From positions 58,218,001 to 58,282,000 of the forward strand of contig NC_042997.1 in assembly GCF_006345805.1 (NCBI RefSeq): DNA of 64,000 nucleotides, written 5' to 3'. The notes below the pieces were generated by a model. The model saw only the letters and a list, made by a program, of their open reading frames with translations, was not told where the DNA came from and ran no database searches. Within the stretch, counting starts at the first letter, position 1. Each line of letters begins with the position of its first letter. The translations under genes and the position numbers were made by a program. This document shows positions 36,515 through 48,429 of this stretch, one piece after another. Source of the DNA: Octopus sinensis (lineage: Eukaryota).

Positions 36515-36561
<47 letters not shown>

Positions 36562-39118
36562 ATGTAAAATTCAATGTAAATTGTTGAGTTTGTTACTATG
36601 TAACTTTTCTTTCAATAAGTACCAAATTTGAAGACTTATTTTTCTCTTTCTGTTAGATATTTCTTCAACTACATTATTTTCGTCAAAAATTTATTGATGT
36701 GAAATCTGTGATTGGAAAATATTTTCTGAGACCATTATCTTCCATTAATTTCATGTTCTCTGGCTGTTGCTGTTCCACCTAATACTGTATTACCAAATAG
36801 AATGTTCAACTTTAAGATGATTATTTTTCTATTGTCTGTAAACAAAATACTATTCTCTCTGTTTTGCATAAAAGAAAGAAACAGGTAAATAAGAAATGTG
36901 ATTTAGATTTATTTAAAAGCTCATTATGCAGTTATATTTCTTGAGGAAACAAACCGACTAAAATGAACTGTGAATGAAAATCTTCCCTATGTAGAAAAGA
37001 AATGATAAAAAAATTGTCCTGGATAAATTGAAGTTGTATGAATAGTTAACTGTTTGAGCTCAAATTCTCATTAATTGAAAAATATTTCTTTCATTTATTA
37101 CCTAATTTTACTTTTTTAGTGATCATTAACAATAAAAATAGGAGTGTAATGATACACATTATCATAGCCACTAACATGACCACTATATTGTGGTTTAAAT
37201 GAAATTAGGAACAAAAGGTGAGAAGTCCACCTCGAGCTCATATCTTATTAAGTGCACTTTTTCTTTTTATTTCTTTGAAAGAACTAGTGGGGTGACCTAC
37301 CTGTATTAATATTAGATAGAATATTTTCATTCTTTGCCATTGAATTTTGTACACATATAGTGGAGGAGGTTTGAGGAAAAAAAAACCTCAGGAAAACAAA
37401 GCAAAAATAGTCATTGGAATCAACCTGCTAAAGTTTTCATGAACACTTTCTAAATTTAGAAACCATTTTGTTTATCATGTACAGTAGTAGGTAACCATGA
37501 ATTTAGTTTACTAGAGATAAAAAATACATTGTGGGAGACAAATATTGGTGTAAGAATTGTTGTTGAGGTCTTTCTTTGGAAATGGTTATATGTGATTTAG
37601 TGACTGTAAGTAAGTAACTAAAGAGAAAAAGTTGCTGGAAAGCTACACTTGGGGAGAAGTTAATTCCTAAAAGTGAAAGTTTGCAGGAGAATTTTTTTAG
37701 AAATTTAATAATCAAAATGAAAAAGAAATTTTATAAGTTAATCTGAGGAGAATAACTTTTAAATATAACTTTTTCAGGTTCTTACAGGTTTGTTTGGTTC
37801 ATACGGCTGTTAGATTCATTGCAGTGGGAAACATGAGCTGAAAGAAATTTGCTAAGGTGGATGATTTGGGGAAAGTATGTTGTAAGGTGTTTGAGCAGGT
37901 GACATAGTAAAGATGATGAGAATCAAAGCAAGTGCGATGGGTGAGATTGAATAGGTATATAGATAGTGGAGGTAGTGTATGGATGAATAAAACTTGATAT
38001 TGTTTCCCAATTACTATATATTTTCATTCTTTTCATAGAAGTTAAGAAATCTCTTTAGAAGGTTCTTTAGATTCAAACCATGACTCATGATGAAAAGTAT
38101 CCCATCCATGACCATCCTGACTTTTTCTTACATGTGGTATATCTTATGATGACAACTTCATCATTATTTGCTCCTTTTCAAAATAGTGAAGTGTGATATG
38201 CACATTTGACTGCTGTTTCTTGCTGGTTGAGTAATCATATAGAGGTTCACTCATTGACTCTTATTGGAAAGTATTTAGATTGTGTGTGAATCAGTGAAGA
38301 ATGGTAATATTCTCTGATTGATGGTAAAGGATTTCCTCTCTCCATCTGAATTGTGTGTCAGGAATGTAATGCTTTGTATCTGAAACTTTAAATAAAAAAA
38401 GCAAGATCCACAAAACATGTCAAGTGAAGTCTGTTAGATGTGTTGACAGTTGTAGGACAGATTAGGTGCAACTGTTAGATGTAGTGTAGACAGTTGAAGG
38501 ACAGATTATCATGACCAAGATAGTACCCTAGAATGATTGCATTCCAATGACTAAAATGAGTAAAAGAAGACTGTACAGAAATAGCAAGATAATTACACAT
38601 GCTATTGGTGATTTTTTTTCCTTCTTTGAACTTTTCCCTTTTTCCTTTCCAATGAAGAGCTATGCTTGAAATGTCAAAAACTCTCGCTTTTTACTGAGCA
38701 TCAGACTAATACATTCCTTGTGCTCGTACTTTGGTTTGTTATTGTTAATTTTGTTTGTTTATTTGATTTGACTATAGTCATAATTAGCATGGATTAACCA
38801 ATAATGTGATTAGGAGACTGATATCCTGCCTGCTATATTACAAACCTTTTATCACTAACTTTACTTGCCTGTTTCTTTTCTTTTGTCATCTCTTTGATGA
38901 GGAAGATAAACCTATAAAAAATCCCTTATGCAATCACTGAGTCTGCTTGCAATAGAAGCCCTATTTTCTTATATCACTGAAATATTATTTCTCTCCTAAA
39001 ATCTGTACAAAACTCTTTGTCACTTCTTCATCTCTACAACCATTTGGAAGTATCTTTCTGTCCTTACAAGCATAAACCTCCAAAAGTTCAAATTGAACAT
39101 TAATCCTTTAGTGTTTAA

Positions 39119-39537
39119 CCCTTTAGCATTCAGATTACTTTGTCAAATGTAATGCTTATTTATTCATATTGATATGAATTAGTTATGCATTATCTTGTAG
39201 CTTTGAGATTTTAATGACATGATTGTTTATTTTTAGAATAATATTGTAGGTTAAGTGTGAGAGGCCAGATCTGGCCAGTTTGAAGATAATATAGGTAGAT
39301 TATTTTGACCTGACATGGGTGGTTTAAATGATAAAGGGTTAAACTGGCCATATCTGGCTCAAATATTCTGTCACTGTGTGAAAACTGGCCAGATCTGTCC
39401 TCTTAGACTTAACCTACAATGTCATTCTAAAAATAAACAATCACATTATCAAAATCTCAAAGATAATGCATGATGAACTGAAAACGCTGTGAATAAATAA
39501 GCCTTACATTTTTCAGAGTGATCTGATTGCTAAAGGG
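39119..39537. mobile_element. Two piggyBac-like MITEs in inverted, tail-to-tail arrangement
   Basis: Copy 1 is TTAA|CCCTTTAGCATTCAG...AAAGGG|TTAA (39119-39338). It is followed by a reverse-oriented copy ending CTGATTGCTAAAGGG|TTAA (39537). Confidence 0.75.
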
Positions 39538-39601
39538 TTAACATCATTCTCTTAGTGCTTGGAAAGTCTACAAAAAGTTTCCCCAAATTTGGAATCTCTT
39601 C

Positions 39602-40008
39602 TCTATATATATAAACGGCAGTTTGTCTGTCTGTGTGGCTGTCAGGTTGTACCCTCACCCTGACCATGGCTTTCAACCGATTCTGATGAAACTTGACACA
39701 CACATAGCCCAATGTCATAATTCAAAACTAACGCAGCGAAAATTTTGAAAAGTTCCCCCAGTTCTGAAAAAAATCGATAAATTCGACATGGGGTCGAGAA
39801 TCTAAGCTTTTTATATTTTTATATGCAACACATTTTCTGTCTGGAGACAGCTAGGAACATCGTATACATAGAAGTATTCGAGTGAAGAGAAGACATTAGC
39901 AACCTACACATGCGCCTTCGTTCCCTAGAGGGAAAGAACTAGATTGGGATTAGTCGTTGCCTACTAGGGACTCTTACATATCCGGGCAACGCCGGGCTAT
40001 GCTGCTAG
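39602..40008 (+). mobile_element. Short non-autonomous Helitron
   Basis: 5' end TCTATATATATAAA; 3' end CCGGGCAACGCCGGG...CTAG|T. Confidence 0.85.
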
Positions 40009-40309
40009 TAAATAATATTTTGTATAAATGTGAATGAATGATATATTTTTAGTGCAAAATTTTTGAGCAGATGAAGGTAGATTTAGTTGAATGAGATGTC
40101 AAAGATGTCAGCATCGTATAAAGAAGCTGTTGCAGAATTAGATAATTTAGGAGAAAGATATATGTTGAAGATATATGCTAGCTGTGGCAGGTGTAAAAAT
40201 TTGATTACGATAGGGATTTTTCCAGTGGTGCTAATGATACAGATGATTTATTGTAATTGCCTCTTGTATTCCAAATTTAGTCCATTAACCACTATAATGA
40301 TAATTCTTT

Positions 40310-41169
40310 CTATTCTAGGCACAAAATCCAAAATTTTTGGGGAGGGCATTAATTGTTTTCATTAACCCCAATAGTCAACCAGTCCTCATTGTATTGATTC
40401 TGAAAGGATGAAAGGCAAAGATGATCTTGGCAGCATTTGAACTCAGAAAGCTGCTAAGCATTTTGTCTGTTATGGTAATGATTCTGCTAGCTCACCACCT
40501 TAACCTCTATAATAAAATTAATGTTTTATATTGACATAAGTTCATACATTTTGAGTTGGGTGGAATTGCTCAAATCAACTTTAGAAGTTATTTTATAGAC
40601 TCTTGATGTATGGAAGCATAAAGTTATCTTTGGTGGGATTTGAACTTAGGACTTGAGATGTAATAATATGAAATACCATTTTTGTTTTTACAAAACCACC
40701 ACAATAATAATAACAATAATAATGGTTTTCAAATTTTGGCACAAAAATCAACAAGTTCAGGGAAGCGGGTAAGCCGATTACATCAACCCCAGTGTCAACT
40801 GGTACTATTTTATTGACTCTGAAAGAATGAAAGGCAAAGTTGACTTCGATGGACTTTGAACTCAGAATGTAAAGATGGATGAAATGCCACTAAGTATTTT
40901 GCCCAGCATGTTAGCAACTCTGCCAGCTTGCTGCCTTAACCATAATAATAATAATAATCTTTTCTACTATAGGCACAAGGCCTGAAATTGTGGGAGGAGA
41001 CTAGTTGATTACATCGACCCCAGTGTTTTACTGGTACTTAATTTATCAACCCCGAAAGGCTGAAAGGCAAAGTTGACTTCGTCAGAATTTGAACTCAGAA
41101 TGTAGTGATGGGCGAAATAGCACTTAAACAAATTTCCTGGCATGCTAACAATTTTGTCAGTTCATTGCC

Positions 41170-41214
<45 letters not shown>

Positions 41215-41225
41215 TAATAATAATG
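40310..41225 (-). mobile_element. Cluster of three same-orientation SINEs (family C) with (AAT)n spacers
   Basis: Repeated gattacatcgaccccagtg..actggtact..tttat..gaaaggatgaaaggcaaagttgac..ggaatttgaactcagaa units at about 40310, 40720 and 40960. The tRNA-like head reads on the minus strand. Confidence 0.75.
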
Positions 41226-42288
41226 AGATAAAATCTTTGAAAGAGAAATATATAATAATGCAATTTATAAAAATATCAATATCCTAGAGTCTTAGAACCT
41301 GTCATATCTCCCTCATATCAGTAATGAATTTCATATGAACTATTATTATCATTACAAAACTGTATTCAATTCACTGCAAATATTTTACGTGAATTGTTTA
41401 ATAGTCTTTTGATTCAAGTCATTCAGGAATTCTTTACATCCTTGGGGACTGTGATACCAGCCAGATTAAAATTTGATCAGTTTTTAGCCAATTCATCTAT
41501 TTATCAAGATTTAAATATCATTACAGTCAAATGAATTTTGATGGAGTCGAGGGATTTTCACTAAGCCATTTATAGTTTCCTCCACGTTTCAATAGCATTC
41601 ATAGTTCTTTTGAATTCTTCAAAATAGTAGGTTGATAATAATAGCCTATTATTATCATAGCATAAATCTAGTCTTTAGACAGTTTACACTACTCCATATG
41701 TGTATTTATTCATTTTATATAGACACATAAATTGATTTAATGTGTATGTGAGTGTGTGTAGCAACTAGATTCCCAGTCCTTATGCATAAATTTTGATCAA
41801 CTCTCCAGCTTTTTAATAAAAGAACCTTAACTGTTCTGTATATTAAACATATATAAAAGCATGTACACCACATATTAATACATCAATGAGTGTTTGGCAT
41901 GTGTGTGTTTGTGTGTATGTTCAATATGTGTGTGATAGTGTTCTTTTGTTGTACCAAAACGAAAATGCTCAATATATACTTCTAAATGTGTAGAGTTTTT
42001 CCTGGCATCTGGGACTTGGTCATCCATTATATTCATCCATTTTTAGTATGGTAGGGTTATATTTGAAGGAGATCAGACTGCTGTTTCTAGTAGGTCAAGT
42101 GAATGTGCAGACTGTCAGACAGCACTTGATACAATTAACTATATCCAAATATACAATATGGTTCTCAACCATGTGGAAACTTGTATCTGTTAGCCACTTA
42201 TAAATGTTTCTCTGACTATTGACTTGTTGTGGATCTAATTGACCAAAGATGACTTATTCAACAACAATTCTAACACATATTATATTTT

Positions 42289-42594
42289 GGGATGGTAATT
42301 TTTTGTTTTTTTCTTTGCCAAATAAACACATGTGCTATATATTCATTCTTCACTCATTTATTATTGATCTTATTTTATCTTATGTCCATTTTCTGGAAAT
42401 CTTTCATCACAACGTCTATGACTTCTTCAGCAAACCTGAGTATACATGTGGATGGAAAGGGTCACTGAAGAGGTCAGATGTGTGATGAAAGATTTCCAGA
42501 CAATGGACATAAAATAAGAACAATAATATAAGAGTGAAGAGTGAATATATAGTGTGTGTGTGTTTATTTGGCAAGAAAAAAAAAATGACCATTC
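42289..42594. repeat. Foldback (about 140-bp imperfect arms, 22-bp spacer)
   Basis: 42289-42436 and 42459-42594 are reverse complements with scattered mismatches and indels. Confidence 0.8.
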
Positions 42595-42735
42595 TGAAAA
42601 ATAACAATTTCAACACATAATTTCACATCATGTATCTTGAAAAACAAATTCATAAATTCTAACACACATTTCCTTTTATTAATTAGTTAGCATAAATGCT
42701 TCAGGCTCAAATTTAATAGGCATAATGCTATGTGT

Positions 42736-42779
<44 letters not shown>

Positions 42780-42859
42780 TGCACACACATGCACGTGCAC
42801 ATTTGTGATGATATAAGTATGAATGATTTTCATGTGTGTGTGTATATGCATGATCTTTA

Positions 42860-42895
<36 letters not shown>

Positions 42896-42904
42896 TATAT
42901 ATAT

Positions 42905-43280
42905 CATCATCATCATCGTTTAATGTCTGCTTTCCATGCTAGCATGGGTTGGACGGTTTGACTGAGGGCTGGCGAACCAGATGGCTGCACCAGGCTCCAG
43001 TCTTGATCTGGCAGAGTTTCTACAGCTGGATGCCCTTCCTAACGCCAACCACTCCGAGAGTGTAGTGGGTGCTTTTACGTGCCACTGGCATGGGGGCCAG
43101 TCAGGCGGTACTGGCAACGACCTCGCTCAAATCTTTTTACACATGCCAATGGCACAGGTGCCAGTAAGGCGATGCTGGTAATGATCCTGCTCGAATGGTG
43201 CCTCCTACATGCCACTGGCACGGAAGCCAGTTAGCTGCTCTGGCAACGATCACGCTCGGATGGTGCTCTTAGCACCCTAT
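42905..43280 (-). mobile_element. RTE-tailed SINE (family B)
   Basis: (CAT)n-cgtttaatgtctgctttccatgctagcatggg...; flanked by (TA)n. Confidence 0.85.
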
Positions 43281-43288
43281 ATATATAT

Positions 43289-44130
43289 TCGTGGTCTGTT
43301 CAATAAGTATCTGGACTGTTGCTATAATAACGAAGCTAACGCTTGAAGAGTGAAGCCGCCTGACACAAATTGACCTTGAACTCAACTGTGCATGTGCACT
43401 AAGTTTTAATGTTCTACCTCACTTCTGCTGTTTACAGCAGTTCTTGGAAGGAAGGTATGTAGCATGTGATTGTAGCATTGACCATGACAGAGAACATTGA
43501 ACAGAGAATCTGCATCAACTTTTGCCAAAAGCTTGGCGATATCTGCTTACAGGCCTATGCAAAGTTTTTAAAAAGTATGTGCAACTGAAATCTGAGTGTC
43601 TTTTTGGTCAGTTGAAAGCACTTTTGGCACAAACTTGGTAGACATACATCTCATACCCAAACCTTCAGTGATAATGGACTGGACTGAACTGCACATCCTC
43701 TGATAACTCATTGATAGTGATTTAACGATTTCTCCACTCACCTGCACGCACATCTGTAACGTTTTTCTCAGTTCTGCTGTTTGCGGGTCTCTCAGAACAT
43801 TTGTCAATATCAACATTTTTTTGGCCATCTTAGAAACATCCTAACAACTTGTACACTTATGTGCAGCTCATAATCTACTCTCCATACACTTTCTGTAACT
43901 TTGCACAGGCCTCTGAGTGGGTATTGCTATGACAACTTTCTCTGTCATGGTCAATGCAGTGATCACACACTACACACCTTCCTTCCAAGCACTGCTGTAA
44001 GCAACAAAAGTGAGTTAGAACGTTAAAACTTAGTGCACATGTACAGCAGATTTTAAACTCAATCTGTGCTGAGCAGCTTCACTCTGCATGCTTTAGCTTT
44101 GTTACTATGACAACAGTCCAGATACTTATT
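43289..44130. mobile_element. Mariner derivative made of two inward-facing 5' halves
   Basis: The left arm encodes MTENIEQRICINFCQKLG (+). The right arm is a longer 5' half on the minus strand (...GLGMRCMSTKFVPKVLSTDQK). aataagtatctggactgttg is present at both ends in inverted orientation. Confidence 0.8.
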
Positions 44131-45089
44131 ATATGCATGTGTATGTGTTATGTATATATGTATGTGTATGATATATGTGTAAAGAATTTTAATAAGGGGA
44201 TTCTAAACTCTATAGGGCTTAGGGCCTCACCAAGTCTAAATCTGACACTGTATCTGTTACTGATTATTCAATGCTATGATCTGAGCAATTAATTAATTGT
44301 TAATGTTTAGAGTTAATATTAAAGCAAAAATAACTTGAATTGTAAACACTTGATAAAACATACTGATAAACAACATGACTTGGAATTTTAAAAAAATGTC
44401 CCTAATTACCTTTTCTTTTTCCTTTGTTAATATTTTAGTTTTGTTGTTTGTGAAGCTGAAACATTGGGATTGTTTTTAATTTTTTTTATTAAATATTTCC
44501 AAGATTTTTATTGATTTAATAAACCTAGCATATTTATAGTTGGTTTTTATGCATATGTATTGAGATCTGTGTGTGCTTAGTGCAAGACATCTTCAAGAAG
44601 GGTTTAAATTTAGTAGTTTTGCATTTCATTAATGTCATGTATGTATAATCAATTCATTTACTTACCTATCTACCAACTTACTAACTCAATAGCTTCCTGA
44701 TACTTACCTTTAGTTTTTTTTTTTGTTTTTTTTTTGCTTTATTTCTGTCTTTGGAAACTGCAGTAAAATGGTACACTACTTCAGTTCAAATCAAACAAGT
44801 CTTCTTACCAGTTCTGCACTGTTTCATTAGAAGTTTTAATTGATTTTTCTCCTTTCTATTTTTGGTTAAACTTATAAGAGTTCTAAATTTAGTATAAAAT
44901 AGATTTTTTTCTTAATTTTTCTGAGATGATTTTTAAACTTAATTACATCCCTCATCTTTGAGTAGTGTATATCTCTATTAATTAATTTGTGATGATAAAA
45001 AAATAATCTGTTTAATGATTTTGTTTATACTTTTTTAAAAAAAAAGAGCTGTGAAAATTGCAAAAGTAGGCATCTTAATTAGGCATGAA

Positions 45090-45580
45090 GCTTGAGATAT
45101 GCAAGGTAGGGAAGGTAATTTTAAGTCGCTCTGAGATTAAGAAGTTTTCTAAGAGTATATATGTTGCTGCAATAGCTCCAGTTTTTCCAAATATGCTAGT
45201 TGTGACAGGACCTGAGTTATGTTGTGCTCACTACTCTGCATGTCAATACACTGGTCTGAACTCTTTTTAGGACAGCTACATACTGAGACCATTAGAATTA
45301 CATCTCTTTAAAACTGTATTAGATTAGATTGTTGCAGGGAAGAATCACAAGACTGATTCTTCAAGCTAAGCCAACTGGCAAGAAACTTAGAGGTAGACCA
45401 AGAATGAGATGTTTGGATAATATCCATAATCTCAGTTGGTCACACTTGGTAATCCAGCCAGACAATCTAATGATTGTTACTTCTGATAAAATTCTATTAA
45501 GGAGATACTTAAGGACTTTATCCCTATAATCCTCCCTGGAATAGTTGTAGAAGATGGATAGATGGATGGATAGATGGAGA
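45090..45580 (+). mobile_element. RTE LINE 3' fragment
   Basis: ITRLILQAKPTGKKLRGRPRMRCLDNI (RTE C-terminal GxRxRGRP motif) followed by a (GATG/GATA)n tail. Confidence 0.7.
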
Positions 45581-46461
45581 GATAGAACTGTATTTTATTA
45601 ATAACTAGCTTAAAAGCTGCACTCTGCGTGGGCTTTTAAGCTAGCTCCCGCAGAGGGCTAATTGGGCCTGCAGCCCCAAAACTAAAGAGAGCTAAATAGC
45701 ATGACTATATGTCAATAATGACTATATACCCTGGTGGTTTTTGATAAGGATGGATGAGAATTAATTCTGTAATGCGATCATTCTATTGTTCCAGTCCCAA
45801 TTTGAATTCTAACTGTTGGTTAATTTGTCTCAAAATTCTTATCTTGATGTAAAAGTAGTGATGCGAGTGTCATTTATCTCCCTCTTGATCTCTGACATCA
45901 TCTGACAAACACCAACTAAGATGACATGAATCAGCCAAGCTTGACCTGCTAGAAATCCCAATGCTGGATGTTCAAGAACCAAATGAAGGGGAGATTTTCA
46001 ATCCTGGGATTATCTTGATTCCAAGAAGGTATAATATGTCTATGTATAGCAAATGTAGGCTGAGATACAGGGGTTCTAGACAGATAGAATTTCACATTTA
46101 TTATTATAGATGAGTTCTTTTTGTCAGCTTTACCAAATTTCTCAGAATCTAATCCAAAGAAGATTTCCTCTAGATGTAGATATGTTTCTTTCTGGAAAAT
46201 TACATTAAATATATTGAAGAAATGAAGCCATACCATCTAAGAATTAAAACCAAGTGACTGTCTTACTATATATGATATTTTTGTGCTTATATACAGTCTT
46301 TCTTTTGCAAGGGGTTGATTTTAAGAGTTTGCAATGTATACCTTACATGTTAAGTTAAATATCAGTAATAAACACTGTCTCTCTGTATAAAATTGGCATT
46401 GTTTTCAGAAATCACTACTACCACTACTGTTACTATTAAATGCCATTTATCTCTCACCAGA

Positions 46462-46507
<46 letters not shown>

Positions 46508-47565
46508 GAATGAGGACAATTTGGAAACCTAAAATGGATCCATAGCTCCTGTCTCGGTTACGAGCTTGGAACCCTGATAATCCGTTAGAGCATTTACCCA
46601 GTGTACCTATTCATTTAGATCACCAGTGAACTAAACTCCCATATTCTGTATATATGTGTATATATATATATATAATCATTTAATTTGATCCTTGTCTGCT
46701 TGTGTGTAGATCATGGTGTACCTATGCATGTAGGCACGTATGGGTACATACATACGTTCATACATAAATACATACATAGATATGCAACTCTGTGTGTGTA
46801 TACAGTGGTGGATTTGAAGTTTTCGTTTATTTATGAGTTGATTTCTTAATTTCACCAGAGTATAAATACCTATAATGGTGATACTTAAAAAAATAAATAA
46901 AAGTTTTTTAGAAATCAAACTTATAAATTTCCCGATAGGCAAGTGGTCATATTATTTATATCCTACAATGATATACTGTATGTTTAATTCTCCTGCCATC
47001 ATTAAAAAATGTTGAAAACACTTCTCAAATTCTATGCAATATTTTCTATAAGTATTTCATTTTGTTCACTTTCTTTTTCATAATCATGATTATTATTGGA
47101 ATAACCATTTATTTAATCATATGCTAATTTTACTCATATGCGTCTACTTAGGCTTCTAATCCTCTTTTAGCCAAACACTTACAAAGCTTAATTCAGTTCA
47201 GTTAAAAAGTATGGGTAAGCAATGCATTGTAAGCCACACTATAATTTGTGAAGTAATTCAACTGCACAAAGGATATGCATCGCCCCTCTGATGCCTCTTT
47301 TTTGTTTATTTATTTATTTGATTTGGTTCTATGCAACTTAAAGTTTCGCAGGCTTCTGATAGAAGCCTGTCCCTTTCAGGCTTTAGATTAACAATTCAGT
47401 AATCTAAAACCTGAAAGAGATGGACTTCTGTGAGAGGCCTGTGGAACTTTAATTTGCACGGATATGAATCAAGCTGTTTTAAACAATACACATAACACCT
47501 ACTAATTATGTTAAGTGCCCTTTCCTCTTGTGTGTGTGTGTGTGTTTATATATATATGTATATAT

Positions 47566-47630
<65 letters not shown>

Positions 47631-47639
47631 TTTTTTCTC

Positions 47640-47786
47640 TCCTTGTTTTTTCTGTGTACCTTTCTGTAGAAGAGCGTAGGCCTGAAACATAAAAGACTTT
47701 TTCTATTCCTGAGCGTTATACTAACACATCTGTTTGTTTTGTACATCACCTGTCTTCGTCTTTTGTTTTTTTCATAAACTCTCCCT
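47640..47786 (+). mobile_element. Penelope-derived terminal repeat fragment
   Basis: Similar in reverse complement to 48430-48570, the 3' end of the adjacent Penelope element. Confidence 0.55.
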
Positions 47787-48354
47787 ACACACAGAGAGAG
47801 AGAGAGGCAAATCTCAACTTATGTTGGTAATTGGTTCCAAGACATGTGACATAACATGAAAAATGGTGTAACATGAAAGTCTCCCGAAAAAATACCTTCA
47901 ACTTCATTAAAAACCGACTTCTGACCGTTATAAAATAGTATACTTTAAATATAGGAGGCATGGTGTAGGAAAAAAAAAGTGCAAATTTATTCAAACATAT
48001 TTGAATTTCCTGGTATGTACTTCAACACTACCTAATGGTGAAATGTTGGAACTATTGGTCTTGAAAGCCATGTATGTAAATAAGAGAAAACATTGTAAAT
48101 ATGTACATTTAAAAGAATTTATTAGCTTTGTCTGTTTTAATAAATTTGTTCATATTTTCATATGTATCTTATTTGATTTTCCATTTCAGTATTAGTTTTT
48201 AGGTTTTTATAAAATTTTATACTCTTAAATATGTATACTGAAATCAATGTAAAAGCGGATAAATTGACTATGTTGAAATTATTTTTTCTATTAAGTTCGT
48301 AAAAAATGTGACATAAAGTTGAAAAATATGTAATTCGCTAAGATATTGACTATG

Positions 48355-48424
<70 letters not shown>

Positions 48425-48429
48425 TATAT

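Noticed and set aside
42920-43181. ORFs MAAPGSSLDLAEFLQLDALPNANH... recurring at 32301, 33792 and 42981
   Set aside because: They are chance ORFs within SINE family B copies.
46140-46197. Minus-strand exon-like piece KETYLHLEEIFFGLDSEKF
   Set aside because: It is isolated, has no partner exons and no recognisable domain.
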